From an uncultured delta proteobacterium (lineage in GTDB: Bacteria > Desulfobacterota > Zymogenia > Zymogenales > Zymogenaceae), in the NCBI GenBank assembly GCA_963735595.1, contig CAVTLK010000001.1:608001-672000 (forward strand): DNA of 64,000 nucleotides, read 5' to 3'. Below the pieces are notes generated by a model. It made no database searches. It had not been told where the DNA came from and saw nothing but the letters and a program-made list of their open reading frames with translations. Numbering within the stretch: position 1 is the stretch's first letter; the number at the start of each line of letters is the position of its first letter. The position numbers were made by a program, and so were the translations under genes. Shown piece by piece: positions 10,776-20,728 of this stretch.

Positions 10776-12299
10776 ATGAATATCAGACAAGAGCTTAAGA
10801 AATCGGCCGAAAGGCTTCCCGGTAAGAACGGCGTTATCTACGGAGCACAAAAGATTACTTTTCCACAGCTCAAGGATAACGCCTTCAGGATCGCCTCCGC
10901 CCTGGGAAAATCGGGCGTCAAGAAGGGGGACAAAGTCCTCACCTACCTCCCCAATACCCCCGAGTTTGTGGAGATTTATCTCGGCGCGCTTTCGGCGGGT
11001 GTGATTTGCGTACCCATCGATTTCCGCATAATCGGCGATGAACTTAAACATATCATTGCCGATTCGGATGCGTCGATCATCCTGACCACCGTGGACATGG
11101 CAAAACCGATTAAGGCCGTCGGCGACCTTCCGCCTCGCGTCAAAAAGCTTGTTATCATCGGGCAGGGCGATAAATCTCCAGACACGGACTACACCGATTT
11201 CATTACCTCCGGCGAAACAAGCGAGCCGACCGTCCCTATTTCCGACGATGACGAAGCGCTCTATCTCTACACCTCCGGCAGTACCGGCAGGCCCAAGGGC
11301 GTAATCCTCCAATATCGACATCTGGACCTCTTCCCCCAGTCCCTCAACGCGATTATTCCGGAACACTGCACCGTGGATACCGTTATGGCCTGTATTCTGC
11401 CGATGAGCCACATCACCGGCCCTATCCTCGTCAACACCCAGCTCAAATACGGCAATTCGCTGGTCATCTTCGAGAGCTGGCGGCCAGACACCGTCTGGAA
11501 GGCCGTTGAACGCGAGAAGGTAAACCTCTTCAACAGCGTCCCGCCTATCAGCCAGATGCTGCTTGGCCGACCCCAAGCTCGAGCAGTATGACCTCTCCTC
11601 ACTGAAATATGTCTCGATGATGGGAATGAGCGTCCCCAAGGCCCTCATGGAGGAATACCGCAGGAGGATACCCCACCTCAAGGTCATCCAGGGCTACGGC
11701 CTCACGGAGACCTCCCCCCTGCTGACCCTCGTCCCCCTCAAGCACGCCGACGAGAAGCTCGGTTCGGTGGGAAAGGCCGTTCCGGGTGTCGAGATCAAGA
11801 TCGTCGACGAAGACGGCCGCCCCGCAAAACCCGACACACCCGGCGAGATCGTCGTGAGGGGGCCGCAGATCATGAAGGGGTACTATAAACACCCCGAAGA
11901 GACAGCCACGGTGATCAAGGACGGATGGTTCTGGACCGGCGACCTGGGCAGGATCGACTCGGACGGTTTTATCTATCATCTTGGCCGATCTAAAGAGATC
12001 ATCATCACCGGCGGTATCAATGTCTTCCCGGCGGAGGTGGAAAACGTGTTGGTTGCCCACCAGTCCGTCATGGACGCCGCCGTAGTCGGCATTCCCGATC
12101 CGAAGCGCGGCGAGGTCCTGTCGGCCTTCGTGGTCAGGCGGCCCGGCAGTCGATCGTTACCGAGAACGATATCGTAAAATACTGCAGGGAGAAGATGGCC
12201 GACTATAAGGTTCCCAAGATGGTGCGATTCATCGAGGCGCTTCCGATGGTAGGTCCGGGGAAAGTGAATAAAAAAGTCCTTATGGAATCGGCGGGTTAA
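10776..12299 (+). CDS. Long-chain-fatty-acid--CoA ligase / AMP-binding enzyme (two frameshifts)
   Basis: YTSGSTGRPKG, QGYGLTETSP, TGDLG and GKVNK motifs spread over frameshifted segments. Confidence 0.9.
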
Positions 12300-12305
12300 A
12301 TTATC

Positions 12306-13256
12306 ATGTCCCGTAGTTTCAGGAAATTCGAGCGTTTCGGGTCGACGATTGTATCCCTGCCCGCGCAACTCTTTCTCTATCTGGCTTTTCGGCTCCCCGA
12401 GCCTATCCTTCGAGTTTTCGCGGAGACATTCGGGCGGCTCTTCTGGCTCCTCGGCGTTCCCTGGCGGCGGCTGTCTATGCAAAACCTCCGGCTCGTCTAT
12501 GGGGACGCACTCGCCGAAGGTGAATTGAGGAAGATTGCCAGAAAAAGCATGATCAATGTCGTTCGTATGATGGTCGAGATGACGGTATTCTTCCGCTATC
12601 CATATACTGCCGCCAAAGAAACGCCTGTCCGTGGAGAGGAATACCTTAAAGATGCGTTGCAGCAGGGAAGGCCCGTCCTTATGCTCGGCAGTCACGTGGG
12701 TAATTTTATCCTCATACTTTTCGCCCTCACGCAGCGCGGATACCCTATCCACTTCATATTTAAGCAGCCGCAGGCCAGCACATTTGGGGATTACGTTGAT
12801 AACCTCATCCGCGAGGCCAATCTCAATCCGATACACCTCAAACCCCGCAGCGAGGCGGTCAAACGTTCGCTCGGCGTCTTGAGGAATAAGGGTATCCTTT
12901 GGGTAGCGCTGGATCAGAATACGAGAGAAGGCGATGTGGGGGTACCCTTCTTCGGCGTCAAGGCCGCCACAGCCCGCGGACCCGCCGTACTGGCACTGCG
13001 GACCGGCGCCGTCGTTCTTCCCGTCTATGTCAAAAGGGATAAATGGCTCAGACACACTATCATCATCAAGGAGCCGATCGATCTCGAATACACGGGCGAC
13101 AAAGAGGATGACATCGATAAAAATCTCCGCCATTTCAATGCGATAATCGAACAGGAAGTGCTCGAAAATCCGATGGAATGGTGGTGGCTTCATGAGCGGT
13201 GGAAACGGGCCCATCGCTACGCACAGGAAACGACCTCGGAACCCGAGGCCGATTGA
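12306..13256 (+). CDS. Lipid A biosynthesis (LpxL/HtrB-like) acyltransferase family protein
   Basis: DQN, VPFFG, GPAVLALRTGA, WWWLHERWK. Confidence 0.87.
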   Translation: MSRSFRKFERFGSTIVSLPAQLFLYLAFRLPEPILRVFAETFGRLFWLLGVPWRRLSMQNLRLVYGDALAEGELRKIARKSMINVVRMMVEMTVFFRYPYTAAKETPVRGEEYLKDALQQGRPVLMLGSHVGNFILILFALTQRGYPIHFIFKQPQASTFGDYVDNLIREANLNPIHLKPRSEAVKRSLGVLRNKGILWVALDQNTREGDVGVPFFGVKAATARGPAVLALRTGAVVLPVYVKRDKWLRHTIIIKEPIDLEYTGDKEDDIDKNLRHFNAIIEQEVLENPMEWWWLHERWKRAHRYAQETTSEPEAD

Positions 13257-13420
13257 AGCGCCGCGTCGCCGGGTATCCGCGGCCCCGGAGGCGGTTCGCC
13301 GGCTACGAAAGCGGTTACCATACTCCGCACGCTCCGGGATCACGGACCGGCACGGGCGAATGCGCCCAAGGATACGCCGCTGTTATCAGATCGGGATTCC
13401 TCCCGATCGTTTCTTTTTTA

Positions 13421-13449
13421 TTGACAATATCGGAAAACGGCCATATTAT
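13421..13449 (+). promoter_or_regulatory. sigma70 promoter of tRNA-Glu
   Basis: TTGACA-17-TATTAT ending 18 bp before the tRNA. Confidence 0.8.
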
Positions 13450-13467
13450 AGCAAAATTACTTTTCAC

Positions 13468-13543
13468 GGTCCCATCGTCTAGTGGTCTAGGATACTGGCC
13501 TCTCACGCCGGAGACACGGGTTCGAAACCCGTTGGGACTACCA
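13468..13543 (+). tRNA. tRNA-Glu(CTC)
   Basis: GGTCCCATCGTCTAGTGG...CTCTCAC...GGTTCGAAACCC...ACCA. Confidence 0.96.
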
Positions 13544-13608
13544 AAAACCGCCTCCTCAGGGCGGTTTTCGGCTTTTACAGAATCCCTCTTCCATAAAGAG
13601 GGTTTTTT
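13544..13608 (+). terminator. Two tandem terminator hairpins after tRNA-Glu
   Basis: AAAACCGCC..GGCGGTTTT and CCCTCTT..AAGAGGGTTTTTT. Confidence 0.75.
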
Positions 13609-13891
13609 ATTTGTATTGGAGATGTTATCCCGCCGTCTGTCTTTGCGGGAACGCGGACTGCTGCTGCCGATTCTGGTATCGGCGATACTGCCTCGTTATG
13701 GATATCAGAATTTTGAACTCCCGCCACTTCCTTTCTCTGCCGTGTCTTATCAGGCTTATACTCCTATTCAAGACATAATAAGAAGGAATCACGGCATCCG
13801 CCATAACCCCCTCAGCAAATTGTGCGGAACGAGAGGGGGGGAGGCAACTATTGCCTCCCCCCTTGCTGCCTCTATTTTCGTTAGCTAAAAA

Positions 13892-15562
13892 CTATTTTTC
13901 GAGTACTTCGTTGGATGTCATCACCATTTCCTTTTCCCCCACGGTAAAGGGCTTTACGGTCTTTAGCTCCGCCTTGATATCATCCGGGAGCTTTTTGAAG
14001 TCCTTGTCCCTCATGATTACAATAACCCGCCTGTCCTGCCCGTAATATTCTTTCAGTTCACCGGATTCGGAGAGGAGGTCTATATAGCGTTTGGAGTAGT
14101 AGAGGTATCCGTCCCATAGGTAGTCGCCCGAGCTGGAGTACGCGGCAAACCCGTCGTCGGGCCCGAGATAGGAGCTGATTTCCTCCGAGATCATCCGGGG
14201 CGACTTGAGGGGATTGGCGGCGTTCAGGATGGAAAGCTGGGTATAGAGCATCAGGATTCCCATAAAGACGATCAGGGTAATCGTGTAGAGGCGATTCCTT
14301 TTCGTAGTGAGGAAGAAGATCATCAGTCCCGATCCTAAAACGAAAAGCGAAACGATAGGAAGGGCGAGGGTTGTGATTCGTTTCGCGTCAAATCCGTATC
14401 CCAGCAACTCGGCGTAGACCTCGCCAAAGAGGCCCAGGGGATTTACGAGGAAGACGATCGACGCGAGCCCCGTAAGGCCCAGGGCAACGGCAATAATCCA
14501 TGCCGGAAGATCGGCCCAGAACCAGCGAAGGTTCTTTTGCTTTATCCACGACGAGACGAGCCAGCCCGTCAGGATTGCCGCCGCGGGATAAAGGGGAATG
14601 ATATAGGGCGACCGCTTGGAATCAGATAGCGAGAAGAAGATGAATATCGAAATAAGCCACGTCAGGAAAAACGATAGCTTCCCCTCCGGCAGCTGCTTTC
14701 TGGTTATAAAGGCATAGACGATCGCGCCGGGGACGAAGAGGGACCAGGGAGCGAAGTCGGACATCAGGACGCCAAAGAAATAATAAAAGGGCCTTTGGTG
14801 ATTGAACGCGTGGAAGAAGCGGATGAAGTTCTGGTTGATCACCAGTTCGTGCATGTATTCGTTTCCGGCCTGTGATTTTGCCAGGAGATACCACGGCAGG
14901 GCTATGGCAAAAAAGACAATGGGGCCCAGTATAAGCTCCATCTTGAGGAGTTTTTTAAGGTTTTTTGTGGCGACGAGGTAGGAGAGGATTACGACCGCCA
15001 CGACAACGCACCCAGCAACTCCCTTCATCAGCGTTGCCACGGCTGCGGCGGCATATCCCAACAGATAAAAGGTCCGGCTTCTTTCCTCGCGGTTCATCCC
15101 CATAAAAAAGAAAAAGAGGGAGAGGGTGATGAAAAAGCTAAAAACGATGTCGGCCTCGACCCACCGGGATTGCCACGCGATTTTAAAGGCCGTCGCCAGA
15201 ATAAGGCTGGAGAGTAGGGCGCCCTCCTCATCCATGATTCTTCGCGCAAAGAGAAAGGTCAATAGGACCAGTAGGATTCCAAAGACTGCCGAGGGGAGCC
15301 GGGCCGCCGTTTCGTTGAGGCCGCCCGTCAGCTTGGTGGACGCAATAATCAGCCAGTAGAAGGGAGCGGGCTTCATGCCCAGGGGCTCACCGTTTCTGGT
15401 TGGAAACAGATAATTATCCTTATCCATCATCTCCCGGGCCGATTCGCCAAAGTTCGGTTCATTGGGGGTCCAGAGGTCCCTCTCACCCAGGCCCGGAAGG
15501 TATAGCAATGAAGCGAAGACAATTACTATGAGAATATAGGCGTAGTTTTTCTGGATATTCAT
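13892..15562 (-). CDS. ArnT/GT83-family (PMT-like) membrane glycosyltransferase
   Basis: PNEPNFGESAREM, KPAPFYW, ARLPSA, HQRPFYY, SKRSPYIIPLYP; many TM helices. Confidence 0.88.
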   Translation of the reverse strand: MNIQKNYAYILIVIVFASLLYLPGLGERDLWTPNEPNFGESAREMMDKDNYLFPTRNGEPLGMKPAPFYWLIIASTKLTGGLNETAARLPSAVFGILLVLLTFLFARRIMDEEGALLSSLILATAFKIAWQSRWVEADIVFSFFITLSLFFFFMGMNREERSRTFYLLGYAAAAVATLMKGVAGCVVVAVVILSYLVATKNLKKLLKMELILGPIVFFAIALPWYLLAKSQAGNEYMHELVINQNFIRFFHAFNHQRPFYYFFGVLMSDFAPWSLFVPGAIVYAFITRKQLPEGKLSFFLTWLISIFIFFSLSDSKRSPYIIPLYPAAAILTGWLVSSWIKQKNLRWFWADLPAWIIAVALGLTGLASIVFLVNPLGLFGEVYAELLGYGFDAKRITTLALPIVSLFVLGSGLMIFFLTTKRNRLYTITLIVFMGILMLYTQLSILNAANPLKSPRMISEEISSYLGPDDGFAAYSSSGDYLWDGYLYYSKRYIDLLSESGELKEYYGQDRRVIVIMRDKDFKKLPDDIKAELKTVKPFTVGEKEMVMTSNEVLEK

Positions 15563-15643
15563 GGGCTACTCTCTATTTTCGTTCTTTAATTGAAAAGACG
15601 AGGGAAATGCCCTCCCCTTATGAAAGATTCCCCCGCGGCTCTC

Positions 15644-17344
15644 TCAGAAATAACCAAGGAATACCACCCCTCCCCTTTCGTCGAAGAAATCCGGGGCAGG
15701 CAGCGATTCCCGATACCGCTCATAATACTTCCTGGATAGAAGTATGACAACCCTTTTATCGCCGTCAGTGATGATTTTCCGTGTCTCTTCAAGGCCAAGG
15801 ATATAGTCGGAGGGATTTTCCATATACGATAGCCCTCCCGCAAGGGTGTTCCCTGTTCTTGTGAGAAAACGGACATCCGACCGGTCATAATACCACGCGA
15901 CCGCAGAGGGCAATTCCTTTTCGGAAATGAGTATGGTATCGGGAGTGATCAGCTCTTTATGGGAGATCAGAAAATCACCGGGGGCGCTTTTTTCCAGAAC
16001 GCTATCGGGAATGAGGAAGGGAGCGGTTACGAAGAAGATGACCGGGCCCAGGAGGAAAAGTGCGAGTTTTGTCTTCGCCTCCTTGCCATAGAGGGCAAAC
16101 ACCAGCAGTGATATCCAGATACCAATTGCAAGAACTGTAAAGAGGATTTTTGATAATTCCCCTCCTCCGAAGAATTTCGTGCCGATGGGGTCTATCGCTT
16201 CGTTGATGATAATCAGGAGCACGATCAGGGAAAGTAGACTGATGAGAACGAGCGTCCCGATAAAAAAGGGCTTCTCCCGTTTCATCTCCAGGGAACGAAT
16301 GGTCCCGGTTATGGTCAGGATGCTCAGGGGCACCAGGCAGGGGAGGATATAGGTCCCCAGTTTTACCGAGGAGGCCGAGAAAAACAGGAAGGGCACGACA
16401 CACCAGAGAAACAGGAAGCGAACCAGCGGGTCTTTTAGCCGGATCTCCTTAATCCCGATGTACGTACTAAAGAGAAGCACCGTCCACGGAAACCAGTCTC
16501 CCAGAAGGACGGGCAAAAAATACCAGAACGGTTGACCACCTTTGGGGCTCGACTCTGAACCTATAAATCGGTAAAGATGCTCGGTAAAGATGAAGTGATC
16601 CCAAAAGCCGACTTCCCTGGATGCGATCATTAACGCCCAGGGAGCAATAATAATGACAGCGGTAGCCAGCGGAATCCAGGGGAGCGTGAGTAGTCTTTTC
16701 GCGTTCTTTTCCCAGATCAGAAAGGGTACGATGACTATAACCGGAAGGACAAACGCCAGGAACCCCTTTGCCAGGAACGACAAGCCCAGAAAGAGCCCGA
16801 AAAGAAAGAGAAGGAATAATCGGTTCTTTAAATCTTTGCTCAGATACGCAAAAAAGAAACACACCAATCCGCCGGTAAGCAAAAGCGTAAGGAGGGCATC
16901 GAGGACACATGTCGTCCCGACGGCTATAACGAGGCCCGACGTTAAGAAGGCGCCTGCCGAGAGGAGAGCAGTTAAACGCGTCTTTGAGTACTTGCTCACG
17001 AGGAGGAAGATAAAGAGCGCGGTTATGCCCACTGCCAGGGCCGAAGGGAGGCGGACCGCAAAATTGTTCTTTCCCAAAAGGGTGATCGAAATAGTGCCGA
17101 GCCACGTACCCAGGGGCGGTTTGCTGAGGTAGGGGATCTCGTTGAGCCTCGTGACGACGTAGTCGTTCGTTACGATCATCTCCCGTGCGATTTCGGCATA
17201 ACGGGTCTCGTCCGGGAAAAGGAGGGGACGATGGCCCAGAAACGCAATATAGAGAAGGGAAAAAAGGACCAGCAGCAGGAGAATGCTTCTCGGATTGGTG
17301 AATATTTCGGGCTGTTTAAGACCGGATAACTTATCTTCTTTCAT
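15644..17344 (-). CDS. arnT: Lipid-carrier-dependent glycosyltransferase, ArnT-like
   Basis: PDETRYAEIAREM, KPPLG, FAVRLPSA, PFWYFLPVLL, KLGTYILPC. Confidence 0.85.
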   Translation of the reverse strand: MKEDKLSGLKQPEIFTNPRSILLLLVLFSLLYIAFLGHRPLLFPDETRYAEIAREMIVTNDYVVTRLNEIPYLSKPPLGTWLGTISITLLGKNNFAVRLPSALAVGITALFIFLLVSKYSKTRLTALLSAGAFLTSGLVIAVGTTCVLDALLTLLLTGGLVCFFFAYLSKDLKNRLFLLFLFGLFLGLSFLAKGFLAFVLPVIVIVPFLIWEKNAKRLLTLPWIPLATAVIIIAPWALMIASREVGFWDHFIFTEHLYRFIGSESSPKGGQPFWYFLPVLLGDWFPWTVLLFSTYIGIKEIRLKDPLVRFLFLWCVVPFLFFSASSVKLGTYILPCLVPLSILTITGTIRSLEMKREKPFFIGTLVLISLLSLIVLLIIINEAIDPIGTKFFGGGELSKILFTVLAIGIWISLLVFALYGKEAKTKLALFLLGPVIFFVTAPFLIPDSVLEKSAPGDFLISHKELITPDTILISEKELPSAVAWYYDRSDVRFLTRTGNTLAGGLSYMENPSDYILGLEETRKIITDGDKRVVILLSRKYYERYRESLPAPDFFDERGGVVFLGYF

Positions 17345-17656
17345 GTGCGGCCCTTATTCTATCCAAATGAGTTGAACTTAGCTTGAAAAAGCGTATCAGT
17401 AACCGGCAAATACGATCTATGACGGTCAAGCATGTACTCCCATCTAAGAGAGTACACTATACGAAAAGTCTTTAACAATCCAGTCCATTCTACTAAAATA
17501 CTATCTGATTATCAACAAAAAGGCTGAATAGAAAGCTCACAAATCAGTTTATCTACTACAGCCGGTATTCCATGAATACATTTCTTCTCCCATTTCTATT
17601 GACAGGTGTGTTATAGTTATGTACAAAATAGCGGATTCGTTTTAAAAGGAAAAACA

Positions 17657-18616
17657 ATGGCAAAAGACCAAATAGAAATATCTGTAGTCATCCCGATGTA
17701 TCGGGAAGAAGAGGTTGTAGATAAGCTGTACGAAAAACTCACCGGCGCCCTCAATAAGCTGAAGAGAAGCTACGAAATTATTCTTGTCAATGACGGGAGC
17801 ACCGATAATACCCTCACAAGAATCCTGGCGCTTAATAAGAAGGACAGAAGAATTAAGGTTATTGACCTCATGGGTAATTTTGGGCAGACCGCAGCCCTTG
17901 CCGCAGGGTTCGATAACGCCGGCGGGAAACTCATCGTTACCATGGATGGCGACCTGCAGGATGATCCCGAGGATATCTCCAAATTAATCGCAAAGCTTGA
18001 AGAAGGGTACGATATTGTCAGTGGGTGGAGGAAGGAGAGAAAAGAAAGCCTCTTTATCAGGCGTATTCCCTCCCGGATCGCCAACTGGCTCCTGTCCCGG
18101 ATTTCCGGAATAGATATCCATGATTTCGGAGCGCCGCTGAAGGCGTATCGCGGCGAGGTCATTAAGGGCGTTCGCCTCTACGGGCAGTTTCATCGCTTTA
18201 TTCCCGCCATCGCCCGGGAGATGCGGGTGAGAATTGCCGAAGTCGTCGTGAGAAATTACGAGCGTCCCTACGGCCAGTCTAAATACGGCCTGAGCCGAAC
18301 TTATACCGTTTTCTTTGATCTCTTTCGGCTCAAATTCATTCTGGACTACCTCCAGAATCCCCTCAAAACCTTCGGGACGGTGGGGTTTCTCTTCTCCTCT
18401 GTGGGCTTCATCTTCTTTATCTATGTCTTTGTGGAAAAACTGGTCTTTGGTACGGAAATCATGAAAGAGCACGGCCCGATGTTCATCACGTCCATCTTTC
18501 TCATCACTGCGGGAATCAACTTTTTCACCATCGGGTTCCTGGGAGAGCTCATCATAAAAGTACTGTATGAATCCAGGGAAAAGAAAAACTACCATATCAG
18601 AAATATCTACGGGTAG
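17657..18616 (+). CDS. GT2 polyprenyl-phosphate glycosyltransferase (ArnC/GtrB-like)
   Basis: VNDGSTD, NFGQTAA, MDGDLQDDP and two C-terminal TM helices; TTGACA-17-TACAAA upstream. Confidence 0.9.
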   Translation: MAKDQIEISVVIPMYREEEVVDKLYEKLTGALNKLKRSYEIILVNDGSTDNTLTRILALNKKDRRIKVIDLMGNFGQTAALAAGFDNAGGKLIVTMDGDLQDDPEDISKLIAKLEEGYDIVSGWRKERKESLFIRRIPSRIANWLLSRISGIDIHDFGAPLKAYRGEVIKGVRLYGQFHRFIPAIAREMRVRIAEVVVRNYERPYGQSKYGLSRTYTVFFDLFRLKFILDYLQNPLKTFGTVGFLFSSVGFIFFIYVFVEKLVFGTEIMKEHGPMFITSIFLITAGINFFTIGFLGELIIKVLYESREKKNYHIRNIYG

Positions 18617-18663
18617 ATGTTATCTCTTGCCCATTTTTCAAACTACTATAATATTGCCATACG

Positions 18664-19658
18664 ATGAAAATCCCTCCTTTAATCAAAACCTATGCCTTCC
18701 CCGTTGTCATCACCATCGTTTTCATCTTTTTTCTGACGAAAACCATTGACGTCAAAGAAAGCCTCGAACATTTCACCGGCATTAATACCCTGCCCCTTAT
18801 AGCCGCCTTCTTCCTATACATAATCCAGTATTTCTTCCTGGCCCTTCGATGGAGGCTGCTAACTGACAAGACAATCGGCGTCTCGCCCTTCTTTTACGTC
18901 ACCGCCATTCATACCATGACCAATAACCTCATGCCCATGAGGACGGGAGAGGTGATGTATCCGTTGCTTCTAAAGAGGTATTTTAATATCGGCTTTGGAG
19001 ATTCCACGGCAACTCTCATCTACGCCAGGATTTTCGATGTATTTGCCATGGGGGTATTCGTCCTGGTGGCCCTCGTTTTCGGATGGGACAGGCTTCATAT
19101 CTCTCTCGAGGGGCTCGGAGGCAAATCGTTTCATTTTCTTATATATGTTTTTCTATTGCTTCTTATTGTCTTCATCCTCTACAGGATATTTGCCCGCCTG
19201 ACCGGCGAAGAAAAAAGGCCGGGAACGGTTCCCTCATGGGGATGCTTAAAAACGGACTCGATTCCCTCGGCCGGGGGATGAAGCGGGTGGAAATATTTAA
19301 GGTCTCGTTGGAACTCATGCTATTGAGCCTTGCGGTCTTTTGGGCCCGCTATGCCTTTTTCATGTATACATTGATGGTCTTCGGAATCAGCGTTACCTTT
19401 CTGGAGGCGGTCCTGATGGCGTCACTTCCCATCGTTGCCGCGGTCATTCCCGCCCAGGGAATCGGCGGATACGGCACTATCGAGACGGGCTGGGTCCTGG
19501 GGTTCTTGTTGGTGGGATTAAGCAAAGAAATGGCGCTCATAGTCGGGTTCGGGATACATACGATGTACCTCGTCTTTTCCGTAGTGCTGGGGGGGATTTC
19601 CTTTCCTCTTTTGGGAATGGTCAAAAAGAGAAGGGAAGAACGGGAATCGGCGAAGTAA
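18664..19658 (+). CDS. Lysylphosphatidylglycerol-synthase TM / flippase-like membrane protein (one frameshift near 19230)
   Basis: ALRWRLL, NNLMPMRTGE, RIFD; GIGGYGTIE in the second frame. Confidence 0.82.
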
Positions 19659-19722
19659 TGCCGGAATTATCCCGTATGTATCACTATAAACAGTACAATT
19701 AAAACGGGGTTCAGGAAACACG

Positions 19723-20685
19723 ATGAGATATTTCATTACCGGCGGGGCGGGTTTTATCGGCTCTCACCTTTCAGAAAGGCTCGTGGCCGAGGGTGGCGAG
19801 GTCATGGCCATCGACAATTTCGATCCCTATTATGATCCCGCTGTCAAACGGAGAAATATCGAGGGGCTCCTTTCTGCCGGGGGATTTTCCCTTGCCGAGG
19901 CCGATATTCGCGACCGCGCGGCTATTGAGAAGAAGATGGAGGAATTTACTCCCGATGTCATCGTTCACCTGGCGGCGAGGGCAGGCGTCCGCCCGTCGCT
20001 TCTCGATCCGCTTCTCTATCAGGACGTCAATATGATCGGGACCAACGTACTGCTGGAAGTTTCCCGGCAGATTGGCATAAAGAATTTCGTTTTCGCCTCG
20101 TCGTCGTCGATATATGGAAATTGCATCAACGTTCCCTTTTCTGAAGATGATCATTCGGCAACTCCCATCTCTCCCTACGGCGCCACGAAACGGGGCGGAG
20201 AAGTCCTCTGTGAAACCTACCATATCCTCTACGACATGAAAATTGCCTGCCTTCGGTTTTTTACCGTCTATGGCCCCCGGCAGCGGCCGGATATGGCGAT
20301 CCACAAGTTTACCAGGCTCATCGACAGCGGCGACTCCATCGAGGTCTACGCGTCCGACAACAGCGCCCGGGACTATACCTACATCGATGACATTCTTCAG
20401 GGAATCTGCGGCTCGATCGATTTCGTCTGCGAGACAAAGACTCCGGCCTACGAGGTGGTAAACCTCGGTGAATCGAGGACTGTTCCCCTCAACGAGCTGA
20501 TCGGCCTCATCGAGAAGAACCTCGGCAAAAGGGCGAAAAGGATAGAAAAGCCCCGCCAGCCCGGAGACGTGTTGACAACCTATGCCAATATCAATAAGGC
20601 TCGGCGGCTTTTCGGCTATGACCCAAAGACGCCCATAGAGGACGGGATAGAGAAATTCGTGAAGTGGTACAAGAAAAACGGGTAG
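19723..20685 (+). CDS. NAD-dependent epimerase, UDP-glucuronate 4-epimerase-like
   Basis: TGGAGFIGS, HLAARAGVRPS, ASSSSIYG, YGATK, RFFTVYGPRQRPDMAIHKF. Confidence 0.88.
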   Translation: MRYFITGGAGFIGSHLSERLVAEGGEVMAIDNFDPYYDPAVKRRNIEGLLSAGGFSLAEADIRDRAAIEKKMEEFTPDVIVHLAARAGVRPSLLDPLLYQDVNMIGTNVLLEVSRQIGIKNFVFASSSSIYGNCINVPFSEDDHSATPISPYGATKRGGEVLCETYHILYDMKIACLRFFTVYGPRQRPDMAIHKFTRLIDSGDSIEVYASDNSARDYTYIDDILQGICGSIDFVCETKTPAYEVVNLGESRTVPLNELIGLIEKNLGKRAKRIEKPRQPGDVLTTYANINKARRLFGYDPKTPIEDGIEKFVKWYKKNG

Positions 20686-20728
20686 CTTTTAAGAGTGTAA
20701 ACCCTTTATATTAATTGCCTTTTCATCT

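Noticed and set aside
13199..13888. 229 aa ORF spanning tRNA-Glu
   Set aside because: Overlaps a clear tRNA, its promoter and terminators; the translation is not protein-like.
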